From an uncultured virus (IMG/VR IMGVR_UViG_3300050188_000002) (Duplodnaviria; Heunggongvirae; Uroviricota; Caudoviricetes): a stretch of 64,000 bases of DNA. This document shows, piece by piece, positions 11,239 through 21,232 of this stretch. Both the position numbers and the translations under genes were made by a program. The stretch lies in the IMG/VR virus record IMGVR_UViG_3300050188_000002; one strand, 5' to 3'. The notes beneath the pieces are model-generated. The model ran no database searches, had not been told where the DNA came from, and saw only the letters and a program-made list of their open reading frames with translations. Position 1 is the first letter of the stretch. Each line of letters starts with the position of its first letter.

Positions 11239-11614
11239 TTTCGCAAATGTCCCTGGATATTCCAATATCATCCGATGCACCGTTGTCGGCCTTCAGGGCC
11301 CATCAGGATCTTCTGCCATTGATGATACCAGCGTAAGTCCACGCAATGTGTGGTCGTCTAATAAGGTGTCTGACGAAATTTCTAAAGTAGTCCAAGACAA
11401 GTATTATGAGCACATTCAAACGTTACCATCAATGTCTTGGACTGTTCAACATAACCTCGGAAAGGTTCCTTCCATCGTAATCCTCAATACCCAAGGAGTT
11501 CAGTTTGACTCATTGGCGTATCAATTAATCCATAATAAGGATGTAAACGGTAAGTACAACAGCGCTACCATTATATTCCCATCTGAACAAGATGGTTCAG
11601 CCCATTGCAACTAA
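11228..11614 (+). CDS. putative virion structural protein
   Basis: WSSNK and WTVQHNLGKVPS motifs; HNLG also closes the fibre at 23198-25570. Confidence 0.6.
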   Translation: MPSDFANVPGYSNIIRCTVVGLQGPSGSSAIDDTSVSPRNVWSSNKVSDEISKVVQDKYYEHIQTLPSMSWTVQHNLGKVPSIVILNTQGVQFDSLAYQLIHNKDVNGKYNSATIIFPSEQDGSAHCN

Positions 11615-11617
11615 TAG

Positions 11618-13587
11618 ATGTCTACAGTGCCCCAACAACCACCAAAGATTCCAGTTCCTACAATGGACGCTTCAAAGCAGACCGTTAAAGAGCTTGTTGC
11701 CAATAAAGAAGGTGCTGCTAAGTTAGGTACAGAATTAAAAAGTATTTTTAATGGGTTGTCCAATTCAATGAAAGGAGTATTTAATACCAAGATCTCAACA
11801 GAGATGCTTAAGGTTCAAACTCAATCATTCAAAGATATTGTAAGTCTTAATACTGAGCAAGTAACCAACGCATATAAACAAACTGAGATATTAAATAGTT
11901 TACTTGATTCAAACCAAAAGCAGGTCGATGCTTATAATAAAATGTTGGTTTCTATGGGAATCATAGAAGAAAACTCTCGTTTATCTGGAATGGAAAAGAC
12001 TGTTGGTGCTGGTATTAAGGATAGAGACGTCAAATCGAAAGTTGGAGAGAATATAAAACCTGTTGGTTCTGGATTTTTAGATTGGCTACGCTGTTAATAG
12101 GTATTGTGGCTGGGTTTAAACTATTACAAGAATCTGTAAAGAGATTTTGTGAATTGATCGAAACTGGGTTGAAGACTATTGAAGGCGTATGGCAAAAGCT
12201 GAAAGAGGTTGTCACAGGGAAAGCCACATCTGAAATAGATAAGATCCGATACCAGACTTTAGAGGAAGCTAGAGCCGCTGTGGCTGGTGTTAAAACTGAG
12301 CTAGAAGCGGCAAGATTACAAAGAACTACTGCAAGAGAGGCGTTGAATTCTGCTAAGTCTGAGGTAACAGAAGCCAAGACCATAGCCTCAAAGTTGGAAC
12401 AGTTGAATAGTGAATACAATCAATGGACTCGTTTTAGTAGAAGTAACATTGAAGAAGGCAATAGACTTAGATCTGAGATCACAAGTCTAGAAGAATTAGC
12501 ATCAGCCAAGAATGTTGCAGCGGCAAGCTCCAAGCTAATGCTTGCTGAAGTTGAATTGGAAATAGCAGAAAAGGCTTTCCAAACAGTATCAACTAAGTAT
12601 GGTATAGTAGCCCAAGCAACGGAAAATTTTACAACTTCTCTTAGAGGAAAAATTCAAGGGTTTGGAGAAGCGCTTGGCAATAAATTGGAACCTGTTCTCA
12701 AATGGTTTAAAGAGTTGCCGTTTGTGAGTACCGTCCTTTCTAAAGGTTCGTCGCTGGTTAAATTTCTAGATACCGTAAAACTATCACTTTTATCTCCTTT
12801 AACGAAACTGTTAGAATTTTTACGCTTACCAGGATTAGCCGGATTACTAAAGAAGATCCCTGTTTTAAATGTAATTATATCTGTTATAAATGTATTCATG
12901 GAAAGATTTGATACCCTTTCTAAACTTTTCAAAAATGGTGACTGGGGAGGACTGGTTGTTGAAGCCGTTAAAGACATTATTGCTATTGTCATAGACTCTA
13001 TTACATTTGGATTCTTAGATCTAAAAACTATATTTAAAACGTTTGATAACATCATAGCAGATATCAAAGAGATATTCTCTGAAGGAAAGGTTCTATCTGG
13101 ATTAGGACATTTATTTAGTGACGTAATAACAGGATTCGCCGGAGCATTAATAAAAGGAGTAGCACATCTTGGTTTAACCCTTGCTAGAATTTTTGGTTAC
13201 CTTGGTGCTAAGGTTGCTAAGTTCTTTGGGTTTGATGTTGGTGATACTGGTAAGATGATAGACGATTGGACCAAAAACCTAGATGAGTTCTTAGATGATG
13301 GTATAGCCGATAGAACCAAAAGCGAGTTCAGATTATCCCCACAACAAGAAAATGAAGTATTTAAATCCCTTAAAGCAGCCGATGATTATGCTGCTTCTCC
13401 GGAAGGCCTCAAGTTCAGAGAATCTGTGAAAATGATGAAAGAATATGAAGACCGTAGTAAGAGACAGGAAATGGAATCATTCGGCTTTAATACTAATAAT
13501 ATGGTAGACTCATCAACCCATAACACTTTCAATAGTACATCAGAGTCTCCTGTTAAGATTAGTCCAAGAACTATAAACAACTATTGA
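11618..13587 (+). CDS. putative tape-measure-like protein, split into two ORFs (11618-12097, 12082-13587) by a -1 frame offset
   Basis: Long helical/coiled-coil, amphipathic sequence downstream of gp26/gp51; the second ORF has only a TTG start with no clear RBS. Confidence 0.5.
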
Positions 13588-13612
13588 CAACGTTTGTGAC
13601 TTATGATATAAT
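13584..13612 (+). promoter_or_regulatory. sigma70-type promoter for the late sigma gene
   Basis: TTGACA-17nt-TATAAT. Confidence 0.75.
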
Positions 13613-13635
13613 CCTGTTAACTCTAACAGGATTAT

Positions 13636-14169
13636 ATGTCTAAGATATATATTAAGAAGAAACCAACTAACAAAGGTACTGACTATATTGATAATAAGTT
13701 GGTAACCGAAGAATTGATCAAGTATTCTAACGAGTTTAGGTGCTGTAAAGAAAAAAATTTACCAAGACCAAAGATGTCAGATACCCTTGGTAAGGCTATA
13801 CTTGACATAGCAAACAATATGATCAAGTCACATTACTTCTCTGGTTATACATATAAGGATGAGTTTGCTGCAAATGCTATAGAGTGTATGCTTAGGTATG
13901 CCCACAACTATAATCCCAAGATGGCTGGACCAAACGCTGGCTTCTCTTATCTTTCTATGCTTTGTTATAGAAAATGTCTAAAGACTATTGCAATCGAGAA
14001 AAAGCACAATGAAATAAAGAAACGTGCTATCACTAGAGCAATCATAAATGATAGACACAGAGATTATTCAGACGATTGTGATGTGGTACATTTCATTAAA
14101 GAGAACGACCTAACAGCCGAAATAGAACAACCAAAGAAGAAAAAGAAAATAAAGAAGGTTAAAAAATGA
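13636..14169 (+). CDS. T4 gp55-like late transcription sigma factor
   Basis: YIDNK...LGKAILDIANN...FSGYTYKDEF...AIECMLRYAHNYNP...FSYL. Confidence 0.85.
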   Translation: MSKIYIKKKPTNKGTDYIDNKLVTEELIKYSNEFRCCKEKNLPRPKMSDTLGKAILDIANNMIKSHYFSGYTYKDEFAANAIECMLRYAHNYNPKMAGPNAGFSYLSMLCYRKCLKTIAIEKKHNEIKKRAITRAIINDRHRDYSDDCDVVHFIKENDLTAEIEQPKKKKKIKKVKK

Positions 14170-14372
14170 AATATGAAACAATCCATACTGAGTTTACAAA
14201 TGACGAATTAAGACTCATTGTTAGTAATATATCAAAGGACTATGATCCAATCTCACAAACTCTTCTAGACGAGTATAAGAATGTATTCGAGGGATTAGGT
14301 CATGTGGTCTTTAATGCAATGGTGATAAAGGCTATCCAAACTATGATTGATAAGGAGACTACAAATGAGTGA
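14166..14372 (+). CDS. hypothetical protein
   Basis: 68-aa coupled ORF. Confidence 0.6.
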   Translation: MKYETIHTEFTNDELRLIVSNISKDYDPISQTLLDEYKNVFEGLGHVVFNAMVIKAIQTMIDKETTNE

Positions 14373-14730
14373 TGAAACGCAAGATCAACGTAATTTTTCT
14401 GGTAACGCTCTTCTAAAGGCCACCAATGAGACTATCAATTGGACACCTGAGATGCGAGAAGAGTATAAGAAATGTATGACAGATCCTATTTACTTTACTG
14501 AAAAGTATGTTAAAATCATCAATCAAGACGAAGGATTGATCAACATTAAGATGTATGACTACCAGAAGAGATTGATGGAAGCCATACATACCCAAGACAG
14601 AACTGCGATTCTAATGCCTCGTCAGTCTGCTAAGTGCGTCACCGGAGATACCAAAGTAACAGTTGGTACGCCTCCGGTAGGAATCAAGCGGCTGATTTAC
14701 AATTTATTATTTAGGACCAAAGATGTATAA
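14365..14730 (+). CDS. terminase large subunit (gp17-like) N-terminal fragment fused to a split-intein N-part
   Basis: GNALLK...EYKKCMTDPIYFTEKYVKI...MYDYQK...PRQSAK (Walker A), then CVTGDTKV (intein block A) and a stop after 31 aa; AAGGAG RBS. Confidence 0.85.
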   Translation: MSDETQDQRNFSGNALLKATNETINWTPEMREEYKKCMTDPIYFTEKYVKIINQDEGLINIKMYDYQKRLMEAIHTQDRTAILMPRQSAKCVTGDTKVTVGTPPVGIKRLIYNLLFRTKDV

Positions 14731-15016
14731 GAAAATTTTGATTGACAAAAGTGGTAACGGAATCATCCTTTCACAGGATGGAATCGAATGGATGAAAGTT
14801 AACCACCCAGAAAGTCCGTGGGCAGTGTTTTACAGTCCGCCTAAGAATATACGAGACAATATAGGTTTGATAGAACTGTACAATTCTCTAGGCAAGAAAG
14901 CATTTCAAACCTATTGTAGACCCGAGTTAATAGAAATTCCATCAGAAGTGGACTACAAAGTAGTTACCATCAACAACTCTGAGGTGATTGCTGATTCGAA
15001 ACATCTGTGGTATTAA
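14723..15016 (+). CDS. hypothetical phage protein
   Basis: 97 aa; no intein C-terminal HN motif or terminase motifs. Confidence 0.65.
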   Translation: MYKKILIDKSGNGIILSQDGIEWMKVNHPESPWAVFYSPPKNIRDNIGLIELYNSLGKKAFQTYCRPELIEIPSEVDYKVVTINNSEVIADSKHLWY

Positions 15017-15467
15017 CTTTTGTAAGTTCTTCGAACTCTTTAAGAAGCCTCTCATAGGCTTCTTTTAGTGTCATAGGGAGAATTTTGCAATCTTCCCCAT
15101 ACTTCTTGACTTGTTCTTTAATCCAGTTATACTGCTCTGGACGGTTCTCCTCCATCCAAAATGCGAACTGCATAGAGGCTTTGTGGGCCGATAACAAACG
15201 GCTCCAATTATGATGGGTTTTACATAAAACTATACAATTATTTGTATCCAACCACCAACGTTTTAATTCCCTTGGTAGTAAATGATGACAGTCTGCTGGT
15301 TTATCACAGGCGCCGCAAATGGCACACTTACCAAACTCCCCATTTCCTGATTTCTTTTTTGCTACTAAAGTCCAAATTTTGTAGGCTTTATTTCTCCAAA
15401 ACTTTGAATTCGGATCTAACTTCGATTTTTCTAGTTTTGATAATTTCTGTTTCTTTTGTTTGGCCAT
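14970..15467 (-). CDS. NinG-like HNH endonuclease
   Basis: CAICG...DCHH...RWWLDTNNCIVLCKTHHN; likely start MAKQKK. Confidence 0.7.
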   Translation of the reverse strand: MAKQKKQKLSKLEKSKLDPNSKFWRNKAYKIWTLVAKKKSGNGEFGKCAICGACDKPADCHHLLPRELKRWWLDTNNCIVLCKTHHNWSRLLSAHKASMQFAFWMEENRPEQYNWIKEQVKKYGEDCKILPMTLKEAYERLLKEFEELTKVNTTDVSNQQSPQSC

Positions 15468-15487
15468 ACTCTTACTTATCTTTAAAC

Positions 15488-16939
15488 ATGGACGCATCAC
15501 AACCCTCAATTTTAAATGACATACTATCTTCCAAATACTTGGCTGTTGGTGGTATTGCTGCCCTTACGGGCGGCTTTGGTATCTTAATGGCAGGATGGAA
15601 GAACGTCATCGGATTCATTACAAACATTCGTAGGTTCTTTATCATACGCGAAGAATTAAATAACCCACGATTAGCCCGTTGTGGATTACGTTATCTATCA
15701 CTGGAATTCAACCAACTAATCGGTGAGCCTTTCATATACAACGTTCCTGTATTGTATGGTAAGGATAAGAAGAAGAAATACCCAGTGTTCAGACTTCTTC
15801 CATACTCAGCTACTCTTCGTAAGGGTACAAAGTTCATCTTCTATACAACTGATGACAATGAAACTCTAACAGTAACATATCCAAGATGGATGTTTGTAAG
15901 TGGGTTCTTCGTCAAGAAGGCTCATGAACTAATGGTTGTGGAGATTGAAGAGGAAAGTAACAAAGAAGCAATTTCCATTCATAATTTAAACGTTAACATG
16001 GTTACTGGTACTAGATTCTCCGTTGCGTCGTTAGATGGTCCATCGGGTAGAGGCGGACGTGATGAGGCCGATGAAGCCCCCGGCTATAAGAATAGCGGAA
16101 GGAACCAATTAAAAACACCACAGTCCGGTACTTATTTGAACGGCATCTGGTTCTATGAACGCCACGATGAGTTTGTTAAGTGTGGAGACTGCTTGAACGG
16201 TAAACGCGACGACTACATGGTAGACTTTAGAAGTGGTGCAACTGATGTATACTTCTTAAGTCAAGAGCAGGAAACGTTTGTACAAGAGTTCTCTAGATGG
16301 TTATCCTTAGGAAATTGGTATAGAGAGCGATCGATACCTTGGAAGCGCGGACTATGTATCTCCGGAATTCCTGGCTCCGGTAAGACTTCATTCGTTAGAT
16401 ATCTCGGTATGAAATTCAACATGCCAATATTTGTAATGGATCTTTCTTCCATGACAAATGAAGATTTAAAGAACAAATGGAATAATTACATCGCTTGCAA
16501 TGCACCGTGCATTGTTCTATTTGAAGACTTAGATTCCATATATGAAGGTCGTGCCAATATTACCAACATACAAGGAGTTAAGCCCGGTGTATCATTCGAT
16601 TGCTTCCTAAACGTTATTGACGGTGTGCAGGCTAACGACGGCATCTATACCATCATCACAACCAATAGACCAGAAGTGTTAGATGAAGCAATTGCCAAGC
16701 ATGATATTGGACAGGGTGGTAAGTACATTCCTACCCGTCCAGGTAGAATAGACTCGGTGATGCATATTGGACATGCATCGGAAGACATTAAGAATAAGAT
16801 TGCTGCTAAGATTCTAGACAAATGGCCAACTGAAATACCATCGGTTCTAACGGAAGGACCAACTGATACAAGCGCTCAGATGCAAGAAAGATGTATCAGA
16901 CGTGCTATCCAACTAATTGAAAAGGAGTTTACGAAATGA
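15488..16939 (+). CDS. BCS1-like membrane-anchored AAA+ ATPase
   Basis: WYRERSIPWKRG, Walker A GIPGSGKTS, Walker B VLFEDLD, TTNRPE, RPGRID; N-terminal TM helix. Confidence 0.85.
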   Translation: MDASQPSILNDILSSKYLAVGGIAALTGGFGILMAGWKNVIGFITNIRRFFIIREELNNPRLARCGLRYLSLEFNQLIGEPFIYNVPVLYGKDKKKKYPVFRLLPYSATLRKGTKFIFYTTDDNETLTVTYPRWMFVSGFFVKKAHELMVVEIEEESNKEAISIHNLNVNMVTGTRFSVASLDGPSGRGGRDEADEAPGYKNSGRNQLKTPQSGTYLNGIWFYERHDEFVKCGDCLNGKRDDYMVDFRSGATDVYFLSQEQETFVQEFSRWLSLGNWYRERSIPWKRGLCISGIPGSGKTSFVRYLGMKFNMPIFVMDLSSMTNEDLKNKWNNYIACNAPCIVLFEDLDSIYEGRANITNIQGVKPGVSFDCFLNVIDGVQANDGIYTIITTNRPEVLDEAIAKHDIGQGGKYIPTRPGRIDSVMHIGHASEDIKNKIAAKILDKWPTEIPSVLTEGPTDTSAQMQERCIRRAIQLIEKEFTK

Positions 16940-17715
16940 TTAAGACGGCGTTTATTAGCGACACCCATGGTAACTGGGATATAATGGAACATACCCTTGA
17001 TTGTATAATTAGAGACGGCGTTAAATTAATCGTGCACAGCGGAGATATATGCCCACACTTTGATCAACGTCCAGGCACCGCACTTGATAGGATAGGCCAA
17101 CAGGAGTGGTTCAAGGAATCTTATGTAAGATACTTCCATGAACATCCTGACATAGACTTTGTTATGATCGCCGGCAACCACGACTTCTGTTTTGTAAAAC
17201 CACCATTTTATACACAAAAGTTCAATTGGTATTGGAAGTTCGATGGTAAAGATGATTGGCTTCCATGGGAACAGATCGGATTTGTTCCGCCAGAAATATC
17301 AAAGTATCTACCTAAGAACTTACATATTCTAAACTGTGAAAGTAAAGTAATCCAAGGCATAAAGTTTTTCGGGGTCCCTCATTCTAAAATTTTTTATAAT
17401 TGGTGTTTTAATGTTTCCACTGAGATGTCCAAAGAACTTTGGAACATGGTTCCAACCGATACTCAGATACTTATAAGTCATGGTCCACCTCACGGCATCG
17501 GAGACTATATTAAGAAACGAGATGAACACGTTGGTTGTGAGCATCTTACAGCCCGAGTGCCAGACTTAACTAGTCTAAAGTACATATGCTGCGGTCATAT
17601 TCATCCCGGATACGGGATATATGAGATTGGTAATACGAAGGTTATAAATGCTGCTCTATCAAACGATAACAATCATATCAAGAGCAAACCAATCGTAATA
17701 GATATTGAAAACTAA
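16936..17715 (+). CDS. calcineurin-like metallophosphoesterase
   Basis: ISDTHG, HSGD, AGNHD, SHGPP, GHIH. Confidence 0.9.
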   Translation: MIKTAFISDTHGNWDIMEHTLDCIIRDGVKLIVHSGDICPHFDQRPGTALDRIGQQEWFKESYVRYFHEHPDIDFVMIAGNHDFCFVKPPFYTQKFNWYWKFDGKDDWLPWEQIGFVPPEISKYLPKNLHILNCESKVIQGIKFFGVPHSKIFYNWCFNVSTEMSKELWNMVPTDTQILISHGPPHGIGDYIKKRDEHVGCEHLTARVPDLTSLKYICCGHIHPGYGIYEIGNTKVINAALSNDNNHIKSKPIVIDIEN

Positions 17716-17737
17716 AGAAAGGATGGTATAATAAAGT

Positions 17738-18046
17738 ATGTCATTAGAAAAGAAACTACTAGATCCTCACACCCAATTTCAAACGGTATATGACTTGGTA
17801 TGTCAATCTCAAGGGGCCTTCTTCCACATGGAAGTTCAAAACCCAGTCATGCCATTCCCTACTACATCGCTCATGTATTCTCCCCAAGATGGGACTCCTA
17901 TCATGGTTGGTTTGATTAGTTTCGTCATGGGTCAACCCCATTTTGATTCCAAGGAACAATCAAAATACTTTAGTCTTATCAAGGACAAATGTAAAAGGTT
18001 TCCAGGTTTAGGACGCATGGTCAGTATAAAGGATTGTCTAAAGTAA
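17738..18046 (+). CDS. hypothetical protein
   Basis: 102-aa ORF in operon. Confidence 0.6.
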   Translation: MSLEKKLLDPHTQFQTVYDLVCQSQGAFFHMEVQNPVMPFPTTSLMYSPQDGTPIMVGLISFVMGQPHFDSKEQSKYFSLIKDKCKRFPGLGRMVSIKDCLK

Positions 18047-18435
18047 TGGAATTCTTATTCACAGATAAGACGACTAGTAAGATAGTTATTCAAAAGAAAG
18101 TATTTACTATACCAAATGGATGGATTGAGATAGTATCTGACATGCTTCTGGATGTAGAACATATCTGTAATAATAATTATGGAATTATTCCTATGTACTC
18201 GTTCATTGGAGAATCATATGGAGTATTGAAAGTCGAGTATAAGTGGGGATATGAAAAGCATGAACCACTTGGTAGAGGGGTAGAGGCAATAGAATATACG
18301 ATAGGGTTGGCTAAAAATAAAGCCTCTAAGACTTGTTGTCTTACTGGTGCAGATGGGTTTTTATGCGGATCGGACTTCCAAGTTGCAACCCTGTGTGAAG
18401 AGAAGATGAAATTATTTAAATTTGAAAGGAAATAA
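18046..18435 (+). CDS. hypothetical phage protein
   Basis: GW...E.YG.L...S.TC...G...TLC pattern; coupled start. Confidence 0.6.
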   Translation: MEFLFTDKTTSKIVIQKKVFTIPNGWIEIVSDMLLDVEHICNNNYGIIPMYSFIGESYGVLKVEYKWGYEKHEPLGRGVEAIEYTIGLAKNKASKTCCLTGADGFLCGSDFQVATLCEEKMKLFKFERK

Positions 18436-18439
18436 TTAT

Positions 18440-19027
18440 ATGTTGAATATTGATGAATGTTATGAAACGGTTAAAGATTGGCACGTTACCTTTGGGCAGC
18501 CTGCTTCCAATACAGTTCTGAGCCAATTAGAACCAGCACGTGAGACTCTTCGTGCTAGGCTAGTATCCGAAGAGTATTGTGAGTTTGTTCGAGCTTTGTT
18601 CTTGAATAACAAAGTAGAGATGGCTGACGGTCTTGCTGATACCATTTGGGTACTGTGTGGTACTGCTGTTGAACTTGGAGATAATCGTATCCGATTGTTC
18701 AATGTCAATCCATTAAATGTGACTGATCTATTCTCATATCATTTACATAGTCCTATGAATCTAGCATTTGATCTCCTCAAGTACTTTGAGCGGTCGTTTA
18801 GTGATATGCAGGCCCAAGCTGTATGGAATGAAGTAAAGCGGTCTAACTTTGCTAAATTATGGACTAAGGAAGAAGTTGATGGGTTAAACAATTCTGAAGA
18901 TGTAGTTGGTTGGACCAAAACTTTTATTGAATCTAAATGTCAATATGTAGTAATGGATGAGACCGGCAAGATTCGCAAACCACCATCTTGGACTGCTCCT
19001 AATATCGCCGCTATTATTAATTCTTAA
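18440..19027 (+). CDS. MazG/PRA-PH-like nucleotide pyrophosphohydrolase
   Basis: LVSEEYCE, ADGLAD, EVKRSNFAK, GKIRKP. Confidence 0.8.
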   Translation: MLNIDECYETVKDWHVTFGQPASNTVLSQLEPARETLRARLVSEEYCEFVRALFLNNKVEMADGLADTIWVLCGTAVELGDNRIRLFNVNPLNVTDLFSYHLHSPMNLAFDLLKYFERSFSDMQAQAVWNEVKRSNFAKLWTKEEVDGLNNSEDVVGWTKTFIESKCQYVVMDETGKIRKPPSWTAPNIAAIINS

Positions 19028-19206
19028 AATGAATCAACCAGAGGAACGAATGAGTCAAAACTACAATATGATGGTTGACGAAAAGAGTGGTGTGTATAAA
19101 CTAACGTCTGTGACTGGAACTGTATACTACATGGTTAAGTTTCATGGAACGTTTGACGGAATCAAATATACACCAACTAATAAAGAATCTTGGAGGAAGA
19201 TATAAT

Positions 19207-20025
19207 ATGGCTTGTGAAGTTAAAATTATTGAAGACAGTATTAATATTTCTGGTAATCGCATCACCACCTACCAGTTAAAGTACTGGCGTGGAATCCATA
19301 GCGAGTTGATGACGCACAGAGTGTTCTCTCGTAACGCTAGTTCAAGTCGCGCAATTCCTATTGAAAAGATGATTTCTCAGGTTAGAACTGATCCGGCTGG
19401 ACCTGTTCATTGGGGTCTAAATCAGAAGGGTATGCAAGCCTACTCTGAACTTCCTTCTGATAAGATAGAAGTGGCTAAGGCTTTGTGGAAGCAGGCGGCA
19501 AATTCAGCAGCCGATCAAGCAGAACATATGAATGTATTAGGCCTTCATAAACAAGTTGTAAATCGCGTATTAGAACCATTTCAATACATACATGTTGTAC
19601 TGACTGCAACTGAGTTTAATAATTTCTTTGACCTACGTGATCATCCTGCTGCTCAGCCTGAGATTCAAGAATTGGCTATAGAAATGCGTAAAGCAATGGA
19701 AGTGTCTATTCCCAAGACTTTAATGTCAGGTCGTTGGCATATTCCGTATATCATGGAACACGAACGGCATGTATATCCAATTGAGACTTTGCTTAAGATC
19801 TCAACCGCCAGATGTGCTAGGGTTAGTTATATAACTCACGGTGAGACTTCCGTATCAGTTGAGAATGATGTTATCCTTCATGATAGGCTGGTTGGTTCGG
19901 TTCCAATTCATGCCAGTCCAACAGAACATCAGGCGATGGCTTGTTCTGATACTACGTGGTATAAGAACTTTAGAGGGTGGAAGATGTATAGATATATGGT
20001 TGAAGAGTCATTGCAAAAACGTTAA
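19207..20025 (+). CDS. thyX: flavin-dependent thymidylate synthase (phage type)
   Basis: ELMTHRVFSRNASSSRAIP, HKQVVNRVLEPF, AQPEIQELA, STARCARVSY, HASPTEHQA. Confidence 0.85.
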   Translation: MACEVKIIEDSINISGNRITTYQLKYWRGIHSELMTHRVFSRNASSSRAIPIEKMISQVRTDPAGPVHWGLNQKGMQAYSELPSDKIEVAKALWKQAANSAADQAEHMNVLGLHKQVVNRVLEPFQYIHVVLTATEFNNFFDLRDHPAAQPEIQELAIEMRKAMEVSIPKTLMSGRWHIPYIMEHERHVYPIETLLKISTARCARVSYITHGETSVSVENDVILHDRLVGSVPIHASPTEHQAMACSDTTWYKNFRGWKMYRYMVEESLQKR

Positions 20026-20031
20026 ATATAA

Positions 20032-20062
20032 ATAATCCCATACAGTAGTTGTATGGGATTAT
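20032..20062. terminator. hairpin between convergent genes
   Basis: ATAATCCCATACA-gtagt-TGTATGGGATTAT. Confidence 0.7.
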
Positions 20063-20066
20063 CATT

Positions 20067-20420
20067 TTAGTTGGTGATAACTGAGCAGCGCACCGTTCTA
20101 GAGGTTCGCGGTGTCGGCAGGGTGATGGTCCTGTCATTTGTGCCGGTCAGCCTCCAACCTTTGATTGATGCCGAACTCAACTGTCCAGTAGTCACCGTTG
20201 TGTCTGCCGTGATATCCGTAAAGGTGATGAGGTCAATTGGACTGCCACCAGCACTCAATGGTGTTTCTACACCAGCGATATCCCGGCAGAGTTCACCGGC
20301 ATTCACTCCGTCAGATGTGATGTACATAAGTCCATCAATATCCCCACCTATGGCTGCTCTATAATCTGAGAGTTGAACTTGAGTTATTGAAGGAATTTTA
20401 ATTGGGTTTGGAGTAGACAT
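20067..20420 (-). CDS. short paralogue sharing the ~60-aa N-terminal domain of the 21233-23197 fibre
   Basis: MSTPNPIKIPSITQ...DGLMYI.SDGVNAG..CRDIAG.ETPLS.GG shared. Confidence 0.7.
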   Translation of the reverse strand: MSTPNPIKIPSITQVQLSDYRAAIGGDIDGLMYITSDGVNAGELCRDIAGVETPLSAGGSPIDLITFTDITADTTVTTGQLSSASIKGWRLTGTNDRTITLPTPRTSRTVRCSVITN

Positions 20421-20562
20421 TTAGGTTTTAGTTAGTGAATACAGTTCCGCTGCGTCCAGTTATGATACATACTGACACAATACTGGTAGAGTACTCGGGG
20501 ATGATCTGGTCGGTTTCGGTGAGAATGGTTAGCATATCGTGGCGTCAGAAAATGATTTTTGA

Positions 20563-21225
20563 TTACAGAGAAACCAACGCTGATCTCCACGCTTCTGACT
20601 TGACGGTAGCTGCCAGTATTTCTGCTGAGGCAGCATTGTTTGCCTGTGCCATGGTAACCGCCTCATCGTCAACCGGATCTGCCGCCTTCGCCTCAGCCAA
20701 GGAGGCTGCTGATGCCTCCTTGGCGACATGCGCCGCACTCAATGCGTCCTGCGCGGCGGTTAGGCGTGTCGCAAACAACGCGACATCCGCCACCTTGATC
20801 TTGGCCGCTAGGCGGGCAACCGGCGCGTTGGTGTAGGCCTCCAACCAATCTAGGCAGGCATCCTTGGTTCCACCAGTGGCGAGGATGTAATCGCACTGCA
20901 TTTGGCAGTCAGCCATCTCCTGCGGGTAGGGGCAGGCCAGTGCGTTGCTCAAGGTCGGGAACTCGGCCAACAGCATCTGCGCGATTAGACTAATGACGGC
21001 TGCGTGTGCCGGGTTGCTTGGAGTCAGGCGGATGGTGGCAGATCTGTCGTCGCGCAACCCATCCTTGGCTATGCCGTTGACGGTGCCGAGGCGCACGGCG
21101 ACTACCGAGATGATATCTGGAGACAATTCGCCGAGCCCAAGCACTTGCACCACGGCTGGGGTGCCTTCGACTTGGTAGGCGGTGCCATCGAGATTTTTGA
21201 CGGGGAGTTGGAGAAAGTTTTTCAT
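20563..21225 (-). CDS. hypothetical Ala-rich protein (GC-rich, fibre-associated)
   Basis: Likely start MKNFLQ, 8 nt after the fibre stop codon. Confidence 0.65.
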   Translation of the reverse strand: MKNFLQLPVKNLDGTAYQVEGTPAVVQVLGLGELSPDIISVVAVRLGTVNGIAKDGLRDDRSATIRLTPSNPAHAAVISLIAQMLLAEFPTLSNALACPYPQEMADCQMQCDYILATGGTKDACLDWLEAYTNAPVARLAAKIKVADVALFATRLTAAQDALSAAHVAKEASAASLAEAKAADPVDDEAVTMAQANNAASAEILAATVKSEAWRSALVSL

Positions 21226-21232
21226 AGTATTT

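Noticed and set aside
14723..15016. ORF after the terminase fragment as the intein C-part
   Set aside because: No terminal HN/S-T-C junction and no terminase sequence follows.
15242..15487. N-terminal extension of the AAA ATPase ORF
   Set aside because: Overlaps the antisense HNH gene; ATG 15488 before the TM helix is the better start.
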